Shown: piece by piece, positions 26,357 through 38,767 of the stretch
Numbering within the stretch: position 1 is the stretch's first letter
Layout of the letters: each line of letters opens with the position of its first letter
Assembly: GCA_963575745.1 (NCBI GenBank)
Contig: CAUYUJ010000293.1
Location: 1-64,000 of the forward strand
Length of the DNA: 64,000 nucleotides
Direction: 5' to 3'
DNA from: Prorocentrum cordatum
Lineage: Eukaryota
Made by a program: the position numbers and the translations under genes
Notes under the pieces: generated by a model
The model's input: only the letters and a program-made list of their open reading frames with translations
What the model was told of the DNA's origin: nothing
Database searches by the model: none

Positions 26357-26760
26357 TAATCCCGGATAGCTCCTTGAGAGCACAGGGTTTCAGATAAGAA
26401 GCCGGCGGTGGGTGGTGAGGAGGACACGCCCACCTCCGCCGGTCCACGATCGTCGCAGCAGCTTGCCGGAGCTTGCAGCGGGTCCGGGAGCGTGGCTTCC
26501 CAGCGTTTCCCAATACGCGTGGCTCCAGGGTGCGCGAAGCGCTTCGGCAGAGCTTCGGAAGAGCTTCGTCAGTTCTTCCAGGCTTCTAGGCAGCTTTGCA
26601 GGGCCCCACGCATCGTAAACGGCGCCCCTGCAAAGCGTCTCCTGCGAGGTTTCCAGCGTCCCGCGCATCGTTTCAGGCGGCCTGGCAGAGGTCCCCGCGG
26701 CGTTCCGCGCTTGGCTTCGCTATTCGGGTTTTGGACGCTTACAAGTTGCTGGATGCTTAA
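26357..26760 (+). repeat. GC-rich interstitial repeat (related pieces at 9222-9443, 11083-11310, 36105-36250, 36380-36788, 45113-45255; inverted at about 47980-48055 and 49587-49660)
   Basis: Shared motifs TCCCGCGCATCGTTTCAGGCGGCCTGGCAGAG, GGGTTTTGGACGCT and TGCACGCGTGCAGGC. Lacks its own A/B termini. Confidence 0.6.
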
Positions 26761-26916
26761 GAGTAATTAACTCGTAGAGCTTCCCTTAGCTAGTTAAAGC
26801 TGGAAGCTAAGAGTAATTCCGGCGCGCTGGAGAGCTAGTTGGCACGAAAAAAAAGTACTCAACTTTTCACAACTTTTCGTCGGCTTTCCCAAGCTAATTG
26901 CTGGAAGCTTAAGAGT

Positions 26917-27315
26917 ACCTCGTAGAGCTCTTCGGCATCGATGAGCTAGAGGAATTCTGGCGCGGGGTGGAGCTAGTTGGTCGACCCGACCAGAACGGAC
27001 AATGTGGTAACTTTTGGGTGGTTTTGCAAATGTCTGAAAGATATTTGACCATTTATTTTGAGAAAGCAGAATTTTCGCACCTGTAGACGAATATGAGGGC
27101 CTATCTGTCTTAATATGAGCTCTCTAGATGCACTTTCACTATCGAAACACTTGGCGCAACCAACTTTATGTCGACATGAAAAAAAAGCACGTTTTCTCTT
27201 TTTCGAGAAATGCTTCCAGAAGCCCTCTCGTTTGATGCTGAGCACTGTTACGCGTGCTAGGAGCTCTACGAGGTTTCCGGCGGTGACCAGATTGACGGTT
27301 TACCGCCGGCGCCAG
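26917..27315 (+). mobile_element. Complete family B element
   Basis: ACCTCGTAGAGCTC start after T; 3' stem-loop ending GCCAG. Confidence 0.8.
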
Positions 27316-30300
27316 TTGCTGGAAGCTTAAGAGTAATTCCGGCGCGCTGGAGAGCTAGTTGGCAAGAAAAATCTCGACGGAAGTTTTGCTGACTTTTGGT
27401 CGGTTGAACAACTTGTTCTCGAAATTTGACCATTCGTTAGAGCTCTAGTATTTTTTCCCGTGATATTCGATCTTATTCCCGCTCGCCATCTTGATCTCAG
27501 CTGGATCGGGTAACTTTGAAGGCCAAAAAGCAGGCGGGAACGGCCGTTTCGAGTCATCTTGATATGCGCTGACGGTTTTATGAACATAACTCGAGCTCTA
27601 GGGCAGCTACAGAGCTGGTAAGCACAGCTCATGCATGCAGAATGATCAGGCGCGTTCGCCTGTTGAAGCCAGAGATCTGAACTCGGTCTGTGAGCCGAGC
27701 TAGGTCCGCAAACCTGTTCGTATTATTCGAGTCATCTTGACAGAAACTCTCGATTTTCCTTACTTAACTCGAGCTGTAAGACAGCTACAGAGCTGATATC
27801 TACAGAAGCTGATTCAGAATAGTCAGTTTTGTTTGTCTGTCGAATCCAGAGCTTTGAACTCGGTCTTCTGCTCGATCTAGAATTACAAAATTATTCGTAT
27901 TGGTCGAGTCATCTTGAGAAGTGCTCTCGATTTTCTTCACTCAACTTGCGCTGAGAGGGGGCTACAGTGCTGGTTGTGATATGAATCGATTTCAAGAGAT
28001 GATGCGCGTCCGCCTGTCGAATCGAGAGCTCGGAACTCGGTCTGCTGCCCGAACTAGGTTCGCGGAACTATTGTATTGTTCGAGTCATCCTGAGAGATGC
28101 TGTCGGTTTTCTGCACTGACCTCGGGCTGTAAGGGGGCTGCGGGGCTGGTAATGACAGAAGTCGATTCGCAGACATCAGACGCGTCCGCTTGTCGCATTC
28201 AGAGGTCAAAACATATTCACTATGAGTCAGAATGTTGGTAGGTGCTGTCGGTTTTCTTAACTTAAGTCGAGCTTGGAAGCTCTACGAGTTCCCCGGCAGT
28301 AACCAAGGTTGACGGTTTACCGCCGGCGCCCAGTAATTCCGGCGCGCCGAAGAGCTCTAGTTGGCTCAAAAAAAAAGAACTGAACTTTTCACAACTTTTG
28401 GTCGGTTGAAAATTTTGTTCTCGAAATTTGACCATTCGTTAGAGCTCTAGTATTTTTTCCCGTGATATTTGATCTTATTCCCGCTCGCCATCTTGATCTC
28501 AGCTCGATCGGGTACCTTTTACTGCCAAAAAGCACACTGGCGGGATCGGCGTGTCGAGTCATCTTGGTACGCGTTGTCGGTATTTTGTACTTAACTCGAG
28601 CTGTAGGACAGCTACAGAGCTGGTAAGCACAGCTATCGCACTCAGAATCATCAGGCGCGTCCGTCTGTTGAATCCATAGGTCTGAACTCGGTCTGCTAGC
28701 TGAGCTAGGTCCGCAAACCTATTCGTATTATTCGAGTCAACTTGATACGCGTTGTCGGTATTTTCTACTTAACTCGAGCTGTAGGGCAGCTACAGTGCTG
28801 GTAAGCACGCCTATCGCACTCAGAACCATCAGGCGCGTTCGCCTGTTGAATCCAGAGGTCTGAACTCGGTCTGCTAACCGAGCTAGGTCCGCAAACCTAT
28901 TCGTATTATTCGAGTGATCTTGATACGCGTTGTCGGTATTTTCTACTTAACTCGAGCTGTAGGGCAGCTACAGTGCTGTTAAGCACATCTATCGCACTCA
29001 GAATCATCAGATGCGTTCGCCTGTTGAATCCATAGGTCTGAACTCGGTCTGCTAGCCGAGCTGAGTCCGGAAACCTATTCGTATTATTCGAGTCAACTTG
29101 ATACGCGTGGTGGGTATTTTTTACTTTATTCGAGCTGCAGGGCAGCCACAGCGCTGGTAAGCACACCTATCGCACTGATAATCATCAGGCGCGTTCGCCT
29201 CTTGATTCGAGAGGTCTGAACTCGGTCTGCTAGCCGAGCCAGGTCCGCAAATCTATTTGTATTATTCGAGTCATCTTGACAAACGCTCTCGGTTTTCTGT
29301 ACTTAACTCGAGCTGTAGGCACCTACAGAGCCTACAGTCACAGAAATCGATTGAGAATTATCGGGCGCGTTTGTCTGTTGTATCGAGAGCTCTGAACTCG
29401 GCCTGCTGCCCGAGCTAGGTTCGCGAAACTATTCGTATTGTCCGAATCATCGTGCGAAGCGCTCTGAATTTTCTGCACTCAACTCGTGCTGGGGGAGGGC
29501 TACACTGCTGCGGGTCATAGAAATCGATTTGCACACATGAGGCGCGTTCGTTGGTCGATTCGAGAGCTCAGAACTTGGTCTGCTGCTCGAAACAGGTCTG
29601 CGAAACTATTATATTATTTGAGTCATCCTGAGAGATGCTGTCGGTTTTCTGCACTTAACTCGGGCTGTAGGGGGGGTGCAGGGCTGGTAATCACATGAGT
29701 CGATTCGCAGACATCAGACGCGTTCGCCTGTCGCATTGAGAGGTCTGAACTCGGTCTGATTAGACGCGTCCGCTTGTCCCACTCAGAGGTCAAAAAATAT
29801 TCACTATGAGTCAGAATGTTGGTAGGTGCTCTCGGTTTTCTCAACTTAAATCGAGCTTGGAAGCTCTACGAGTTCCCCGGCGGTAACCAAGGTTGACGGT
29901 TTACCGCCGGCGCCCAGTTGAAAATTATGTTCTCGAAATTTGACCATTCGTTAGAGCTCTAGTATTTTTTCCCGTGATATTCGATCTTATTCCCGCTCGC
30001 CATCTTGATCTCAGCTCGATCGGGTATCTTTTACTGCCAAAAAGCACACTGGCGGGATCGGCCGTTTCGAGTCATCTTGATACGCGTTGTCGGTATGTTG
30101 TACTTAACTCGAGCTGTAGGACAGCTACAGAGCTGGTCAGCACAGCTATCGCACTCAGAATCATCAGGCGCGTTCGCCTGTTGAATCCATAGGTCTGAAC
30201 TCGGTCTGCCAGCCGAGCTAGGTCCGCAAACATATTCGTATTATTCGAGTAAGCTTGATACGCGTTGTCGGTATTTTCTACTTAATTGGAGCTGCAGGGC

Positions 30301-31637
30301 AGCTACAGTGGTAAGCACACCTATTGCACTCAGAATCATCAGGCGCGTTCGCCTGTTGAATCTATAGGTCTGAACTCGGTGTGCTAGCCGAGCTAGGTCC
30401 GCAAACCTAGTCGTATTATTCGAGTCAACTTGACGCGTGGTGGGTATTTTGTACTTAATTCGAGCTTCAGAGCAGCTACAGTGCTGGTAAGCACACCTAT
30501 CGCACTTAGAATGATCAGGCGCATTCGCCTGTTGAATCCATAGGTCTGAACTCGGTCTGCTAGCCGAGCTAGGTCCGCAAATCTATTCGTATTATTCGAG
30601 TGATCTTGATACGCGTGGTGAGTATTTTGTACTTAATTGGAGCTGCAGGGCAGCTACAGTGCTGGTAAGCACACCTATCGCACTCAGAATCATCAGGCGC
30701 GTTCGCCTCTTGACTCCAGAGGTCTGAACTCGGTCTGCTAGCCGAGCTGGGTCCGCAAATCTATTCGTATTATTCGAGTCATCGTGACAAACGCTCTCGG
30801 TATTTTCTGTACTTAACTCGAGCTGTAGGCAGCTACGGAGCCTAGAGTCACAGAAATCGATTGAGAATTATCGGGCGCGTTTGTCTGTTGTATCGAGAGC
30901 TCTGAACTCGGCCTGCTGCCCGAGCTAGGTTCGCGAAACTATTCGTATTGTCCGAATCATCGTGAAAAGTGATCTGAATTTTCTGCACTCAACTCGTGCT
31001 GGGGGAGGGTGCTGCGGGTCATAAAAAGCGATTTGCACACATCAGGCGCGTTCGTTGGTCGATTCGAGAGCTCAGAACTTGGTCTGCTGCTCGAAACAGG
31101 TCTGCGAAACTATTGTATTATTCGAGTGGTCCTGAGAGATGCTGTCGGTTTTCTGCACTTAACTCGGGCTGTAGGGGGGCTGCAGGGCTGGTAATCACAT
31201 GAGTCGATTTGCAGACATCAGACGCGTCCGCCTGTCGCATTGAGAGGTCTGAACTCGGTCTGATCAGACGCGTCCGCTTGTCGCATTCAGAGGTCAAAAC
31301 ATATTCACTATGAGTCAGAATGTTGGTAGGTGCTCTCGGTTTTCTCAACTTAAGTCGAGCTTGGAAGCTCTACGAGTTCCCCGGCGGTAACCAAGGTTGA
31401 CGGTTTACCGCCGGCGCCCAGTCCGGGGAGCTGGAGAGCTAGTTGGCAACAAAAATCTCGACGGACCTTTTGGTGACTTTTGGTCGGTTGAAAATTTTGT
31501 TCTCGAAATTTGACCATTCGTTAGAGCTCTAGTATTTTTTTCCCATGATATTCGATCTTATTCCCGCTCGCCATCTTGATCTCAGCTCGATCGGGTAACT
31601 TTGAAGGCCAAAAAGCAGGCAGGCGGGAACGGCCGTT

Positions 31638-32530
31638 TCGAGTCATCTTGATACGCGTTGTCGGTATTTTCTACTTAACTCGAGCTGTAGGGCAGCTACA
31701 GTGCTGGTAAGCACACCTATCGCACTCAGAATCATCAGGCGCGTTCGCCTGTTGAATCCAGAGGTCTGAACTCGGTCTGCTAGCCGAGCTAGGTCCGCAA
31801 ACCTATTCGTATTATTCGAGTCAACTTGATACGTGTTGTCGGTATTCTCTACTTAACTCGAGCTGTAGGGCAGCCACAGTGCTGGTAAGCACATCTATCG
31901 CCCTCAGAATCATCAGGCGCATTCGTCTGTTGAATCCATAGGTCTGAACTCGGTCTGCTAGCCGAGCTAGGTCCGGAAACCTATTCGTATTATTCGAGTC
32001 AACTTGATACGCGTTGTCGGGTTTCTCTACTCAACTCGAGCTGTAGGGCAGCTACAGTGCTGGTAAGCACACCTATCGCACTCAGAATCATCACGCGCGT
32101 TCGCCTGTTGAATCCAGAGGTCTGAACTCGGTGTGCTAGCCGAGCTAGGTCCGCAAACCTATTCGTATTATTCGAGTCATCTTGACAGACGCTCTCGATT
32201 TTCTGTACTAAACTCGAGCTGTAGGGCAGCTACAGGGCTCATTGTCACAGACATCGATGGGGAATCATCAGTCGCGTTCGTCTACTGAACCGAGAGCTCT
32301 GAACTCGGTCTGCTGCCCGAGCTAGGTTTGCGAAACTATCGTATTGTCCGAGTCATCTTGAGAAGTGCTCTCGGTTTTCTGCACTTAACTCGTGTTTGGG
32401 GCCGGCTACAGTGCTGCGGGTCACACATATCGATTTGAACACATCAGGCGCGTTTGTCGGTCGATTCCAGAGCTCGGAACTCGGTCTGCTGCTCGAACTA
32501 GGTCCGCAAAACTATTCTATTATTCGAGTC
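31638..32530 (+). repeat. Representative 178-bp internal tandem array of family A
   Basis: TCGAGTCA(T/A)CTTGA recurs at 31638, 31816, 31994 and 32172 (exact 178-bp period), followed by more diverged units. Comparable arrays occur in essentially every A body in the window. Confidence 0.95.
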
Positions 32531-33219
32531 GATACTGTCGGTTTTCTGCACTTAACTCGGGCTGTAGGGGGGCTGCAGGGCTGGGAATCACATGAGTGGA
32601 TTCGCAGACATCAGACGCGGCCGCCTGTCGCATTCAGAGGTCTGAACTCGGTTTGATACTCGAACTGGGTTGCGAAACCGGTTGGTTTTTGTTAGCGTTA
32701 TCTTGAGAGGTCTAAATCGCTTGGGCTGAAAAACTAGTCGTTCTTTGGAGTTTTTTCCCACACTTTATATTTTCAGGAAGCTCTACGAGTCCCCCGGCGG
32801 TAAGAAAGGTTGACGGTTTACCGCCGGCGCCCAGTTGGTCGACCCGGCCGAGGCGGACAAAGTGATAACTTTTGGGTGGTTTTGCGATTTTTTGAAAGAT
32901 ACTTGACCATTTATTTTGAGAAAGCAGATTTTTCGCACTTGTGAACGGCTATGAGGGTCTCTCTGTCTTAGTATGAGCTTTGTAGGCGCACTTTTACTAT
33001 CAAAACACTTGGAGCAACCATCTTCATGTCGACACGAAAACATCAATTTTTCTCTTTTGTTAAGAAATGCTTCGAGAAGCTCTCCCTTTCGACTCTGAGC
33101 ACTCTTTCGCGTGGAAGGAGCTCAGGTTTCCGGCGGTGACCAGGTTGACGGTTCACCGCCGGCGCCAGTTCCGGCGCGGGGTGGAGCTAGTTGGTCGACC
33201 CGGCCAGAAAGGACAAAGT

Positions 33220-34262
33220 AACTCGTAGAGCTTCCCTTAGCAAGTTATGGCTGGAAGCTTTAGAGTAATTCCGGAGCGCTGGAGAGCTAGTTGGCAAGAA
33301 AAATCTCGACGGAACTTTGGGGTGACTTTTGCTCGGTTGAAAATTTTGTTCTCGAAATTTGACCATTCGTTAGCGCTCTAGTATTCTTTCCCGTGATATT
33401 CGATCTTATTCCCGCTCGCCATCTTGATCTCAGCTCGATCGGGTGAATATTACTGTCAAAAAGCACTGTGGCGGGATCGCCCGTTTGGAGTCATCTTGAT
33501 ACGCGCTGACGGTTTTCTAAACATAACTCGAGCTTCAGGGAAGCTACAGAGCTGGTAAACACACCCATCGCATCCAGAATTATCAGGCGCGTTCGTCTGT
33601 TGAATCCAGAGGTCTGAACTCGGTCTGCTAGCCAAGCTAGGTCTGCAAACCTATTCGTATTATTCAAGTCATCTTGACAGAACTCTCGGTTTTTTGACAT
33701 TAACTCGAGCTGTAGGACAGCTACAGAGCTGATATTTACATAAATCGATTCAGAATGATCAGTTGTGTTTGTCTGTCGAATTGAGAGCTCTGAACTCGGT
33801 CTGCTGCCCGATCTAGAATCGCGAAACTAGTCGTATTGGTCGAGTCATCTTGAGAAGTGCTCTCGGTTTCCTGCATTCAACTCGCGCTGAGAGCTACAGT
33901 GCTGGTGGTCACAGAAATCGATTTGAAGACATCAGGCGCGTCCGCCTGTCGAATCCAGAGCTCGGAACTCGGTCTGCTGCCCGAATTAGGTCTGCGAAAC
34001 TACTGTATTCTTGGAGTCATCCTGAGAGGTGCTGTCGGTTTTCTGCACTCAACTCGGGCTGTAGGGGGGCTGCAGGGCTGGTAATGACAGGAGTCGACTC
34101 GCAGACATCAGACGCGTCCGCCTGTCGCATTGAGATGTCAGAACATATTCACTATGAGTGGGAATGTTGGTAGGTGCTCGGCGTTCTCAACTTCAGTCGA
34201 GCTGGAAGCTCTACGAGTCTCCCGGCGGTAACCACGGTTGACGGTTTACCGCCGGCGCCCAG
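33220..34262 (+). mobile_element. Complete family A' element nested in B
   Basis: GGACAAAG-T[element]T-GATAACTTTT rejoins the B consensus. A' has its own subterminal segment and an AACC-type loop. Confidence 0.9.
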
Positions 34263-37200
34263 TGATAACTTTTGGAGGGTTTTGCAATTTTTTGAAAGAT
34301 ATTTGACAATTCATTTTTAGAAAGCAGATTTTTCGCACCTGTAAACGACTATGAGAGCCTCTCTGTCTTAGTATGAGCTGCGTAGGCGGACTTTTACTAT
34401 CAAAACACTTGGAGGAACCATCTTCATGTCGACACGAATAAATCAATTTTTACCCTTTTCGAAAAATGCTTCTAGAAGCTCTTCCTCTCTCTGAGCACTC
34501 TTACGCGTGAAAGGAGCTCTACGAGGTTCACGGCGGTGACCAGGTTGACGGTTCACCGCCGGCGCCAGTTCGGGCGCAGGGTGGAGCTAGTTGGCCGACC
34601 GCGCATTAAGAGACAATCTGTTAACTTTGGGTCGAGTTTCTAATGTTTCTCCGAAATTCGAAAATTCGTTTTGCGAACGGGTATTTTTCTCACGTGTAGT
34701 AGGTTATGCCGCGAGTGCCAGTTAAATTCTCAGGTCCGTAGCTGGAATATTACTATCAAAACACTTGCTGGAACCGACGGCCGTTTCGAGCCATCTTGAC
34801 GCGTATTAGCGATTTCTGTACTTATCTCGGGATATAGGACAGCTGCAGAGCTAATGCATACAGAAACCAATTGGGAATCATGAGGCGCGTTCATCTGTCC
34901 GATCTACAGCTCTGAACTCGGTCTGCTGCTCGAGCTGGGTCCGCAAACTTATTTGTATTCTTCGAGTCATTTTGACGAGTGTTGTCCGTTTTCTGTACTG
35001 AACTCGCGATATCTTGAAAAGAGAATCTCAATCAGTAGTGGGCAGCACCGCGCAAGAAAGCTCAACGAGGCTCCCGGTGGTAACCTGGTTGACGGTTTAC
35101 CGCCGGCTCCCAGCTCCGGAGAGCTAGTTGCCAAGAAAAATCTCGACGGAACTTTTGCTGACTTTTGGTCGGTTGAAAATTTCGTTCTCGAAATTTGAAC
35201 ATTCGTTAGAGCTCTAGTATTTTTTCCCGTGATATTCGATCTTATTCCCGCTCGCCATCTTGATCTCAGCTCGATCGGGTAACTTTGAAGGCCAAAAAGC
35301 ACTCTGGCGGGATCGGCCGTTTCGAGTCATCTTGATATGCGCTGACGGTTTTATGAACATAACTCGAGCTCTAGGGCAGCTACAGAGCTGGCAAGCACAG
35401 CTAATGCATGCAGAATGATCAGGCGCGTTCGCCTGTTGAACCCAGAGGTCTGAACTCGGTCTGTGAGCCGAGCTAGGTCCGCAAACCTTTTCGTATTATT
35501 CGAGTCATCTTGACAGAAACTCGCGGTTTTCTGTACTTAACTCGAGCTGTAAGACAGCTACAGAGCTTATATTCACAGAAACTGATTCAGAATCGTCAGT
35601 TGCGTTTGCCTGTCGAATCCAGAGCTCTGAACTCGGTTTTCTGCTCGATCTAGAATCCCGAAATTATTCGAGTTGGTCGAGTCATCTTGAGAAGTGCTCT
35701 CGGTTTTCTTCACTCAACTTGCGCTGAGAGGTGGCTACAGTGTTGGTTGTCATATGAATCGATTTACAGAGATCATGCGCGTGCGCCTGTCGAATCCAGA
35801 GCTCGGAACTCGGTCTGCTGCCCGAACTAGGTTCGCGAAACTATTGTATTGTCTGTTTTCTGCACTGACCTCGGGCTGTAGGGGGGCTGCGGGGCTGGTA
35901 ATGCCAGGAGTCGATTCGCAGACATCAGACGCGTCCGCTTGTCGCATTCAGAGGTCAAAAAATATTCACTATGAGTTAGAATGTTGGTAGATGCCGTCGA
36001 TTTTCTCAACTTAAGTCGAGCTTGGAAGCTCTACGAGTTCCCCGGCGGTAACCAAGGTTGACGGTTTACCGCCGGCGCCCAGTTGCTGGAAGCTTAAGAG
36101 TAATTCCCGGAGAGCTCGCTGAGAGCTACAGCGGACCCTGGTGGTGCCCGACAGGAGCTCCTCCACGGCGGTCCACGTTCCTCGCAGCGACACGCCCGGC
36201 TCGGCAACGGGTCCGGGAGAGCTTCCGGCAAGCTTCCACGCGTGACTGCAGAGGTCTATAATCGCGTGGGCTGAAAAACTAGTCGTTCTCTGAAATTCTT
36301 TTCCACATTATATATTGTCAGGAAGCTCTACGAGTCCCCCGGCGGTAAGAAAGGTTGACGGTTTACCGCCGGCGCCCAGTGCCTGCACGCGTGCAGGCAC
36401 GCGCGGGGGCGTTTCTGGCGGCGCTTCGGCAGCGCTGCAGGGGACCTTCCCACAACTCTCCAGGAAAGATTTCCCTTCTCCAAAAGAGTTCCTTCGCTCT
36501 CCGGGTTTTGGACGCTACTAAGTGACTGCACGCGTGCAGGCGCGCACGAAAGGGCTTCTGGTAGCTCTTCAGCAGCGCTGCAGGGAAGCTCCCCAGAGCC
36601 CATGGCCGATCCCGCCACAGTGCTTTTTGATAGTAATATTCCCGGAGAGCTCGCTGAGAGCTAAAGGGTTTAGGATTAGAAGCCGTGCAGTGGTGGTGCC
36701 AGCAGCCCATCTCCGCCGCTTCCGAATCTCCGCAGGGCTCTTTCGACCCCGCAGCTGGTCCGGGAGAGCTTCCGGCAAGCTTCCACGTGACTCGTAGAGC
36801 TTCCCCAAGCTAGTTGCTGGAAGCTTAAGAGTAACTCGGAGAGCTTACCTTAGCAAGATGTTGCTGGAAGCTTAATAAGGACTCGTAGAGCTTCCCTAAG
36901 CTAGTTGCTGGAAGCTTAAGAGTAATTCCGGCGTGCTGGAGAGCTAGTTGGCAAGAAACATCTCGACGGAACTTTTGCTGACTTTTGGTCGGTTGAAAAT
37001 TTTGTTCTCGAAATTTGACCATTCGTTAGAGCTCTAGTATTTTTCCCGTGATATTCGATCTTATTCCCGCTCGCCTTCTTGATCTCAGCTCGATCGGGTA
37101 ACTTTGAAGGCCAAAAAAGCACTCTGGCGGGATCGACCGTTTCGAGTCATCTTGATACGCGCTGACGGTTTTCTCAACATAACTCGAGCATTAGGACATC

Positions 37201-38092
37201 TACAGAGCTAATAAGCACAGCTAATCGATGCAGAATGATTAGGCGCGTTCGTCTGTTGAATCCAGAGGTCTGAACTCTGTGAGCCGAGCTAGGTCTGCAA
37301 ACCTATTCGTATTATTCGAGTCATCTTGACAGAAACTCTCGGTTTTCTGTACTTAACTCGAGCTGTAAGACAGCTACAGAGCTTTTATTTACAGAAACTG
37401 ATTCAGAATCGTCAGTTGCGTTTGTATGTGGAATTTAGAGCTCTGAACTTGGTCTTCTGCCCGATCTAGAATCGCGAAATTATTCGTATTGGTCGAGTCA
37501 TCTTGAGAAATGCTCTCGATCTTCTTCACACAATTTGCTTTGAGAGGGAGCTACAGTGCTGGTTTTTATATGAATCGATTTAAAGAGATCATGCGCGTCC
37601 GCCTGTCGAATCCAAAGCTCGGAACTCGGTCTGCTGCCCGAACTAGGTTCGCGAAACTATTGTATTGTTCGAGTCATCCTGAGAGATGCTGTAGGTTTTC
37701 TACACTGACCTCGGGCTGAAGGGGGCTGCGGGGCTGGTAATGACAGGAGTCGATTCGCAGACATCAGACGCGTCCGCTTGTCGCATTCAGAGGTCAATTA
37801 CTCCGACGGAAGAACCCCACATAAGAATCCTCTGGGCGAATCTGGAAAAAGCCATCACCGTCGTCCTCGTGGTTGGTGAGGCGTCCTGGCTGTCTCTTCT
37901 GCGTATATTTCCTCTCGCCTTGGCGCGGGCCCCCCTTCCACTCCTTACGTTGTCCCCATCCTCGCCCCCCTGTTTGTTCCGCGCCCCGCCACCTCCTCCC
38001 CTTCCTGTTGCATGAGCGCGCATGTCGATGTTCCTCGGCGCCGTCGCCGCCACGGCCAGCACAGGCGCGTTCTCTACTGGTCACGTCGCGCA

Positions 38093-38181
38093 GCCGTTGG
38101 GACAACCCCGCGGGCCAGGCTGTCGGGACAACCCCGCGAGCCGTTGGCGCGCAAGACCAAGCCGTTGGGACAACCCCGCGG
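38093..38181. repeat. Three short direct repeats GGGACAACCCCGCG downstream of the helicase stop
   Basis: Motif GC(C/T)GT(T/C)GGGACAACCCCGCG seen three times. Confidence 0.8.
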
Positions 38182-38205
38182 GCTTCGAGCGAGGCGCAGC
38201 CGCGC

Positions 38206-38688
38206 TCAGGCGGAAGGCAGCACGAAGCCCAGCTCTGCCGCGAGCTGCTTCGCCTCCGCCCTGGACAAAACCGCTCTCTTGTCGAACTCCAGGAGCGCCT
38301 TCCGCAGGGGCGCCGGCGGCCCGCGCTCCAGGAACTCTCGCGGCGGCGGCCGCAGGATCAGCATGTTCCGCATGCACGTGGCGCGGGAGAACATGACGTA
38401 GAGGTGCAGCCACCACTGCTCGTCCGACATGCCCGTGCGGCCAGCGTCCTCGTCTCTCGCGCAGTCGATGGTGACGCCCTTGCGCAGCGTCTGGCCCTGC
38501 GACAGCGTGGAGGTCAGGTAGGACGCGTGCGTCAGGGTGAACCCCGAGCGGCGCACGCTGTGCGCCCCCGAGCTCTGCCATGTGAACTCCCTTTCGCTGG
38601 GCCTGAACATCAGCAAGCTCCGCGCCCGCGCCTCGGCCTGGCCGTCGTCGTCGGCGCCTTCGGCGCCCTGTCGCAGCACCTCGGCGAC
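38206..38688 (-). pseudogene. C-terminal fragment of a PIF1/RecD-like (SF1B) helicase, Helitron RepHel type
   Basis: RRSGFTLTHASYLTSTLSQGQTLRKGVTID resembles motif V (RxQFPLxxAYAxTxHKSQGQTL..V.ID); LYVMFSRAT resembles motif VI (YVALSR). No Walker A/B or Rep domain; upstream sequence is tandem repeat. Confidence 0.8.
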
Positions 38689-38767
38689 CTGAGGAGCCCA
38701 AAAACTTCCTTGTTGCATCCAAAGTGTGGCCTGGGAACTGCGTTCTGGCAGCGCGAGAACCCAACAT

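Noticed and set aside
26898..27334. Apparent 19-bp TSD (TTGCTGGAAGCTTAAGAGT) around a B element
   Set aside because: A single case. Both flanks are the common A 5' sequence, and other insertions show only the shared T.
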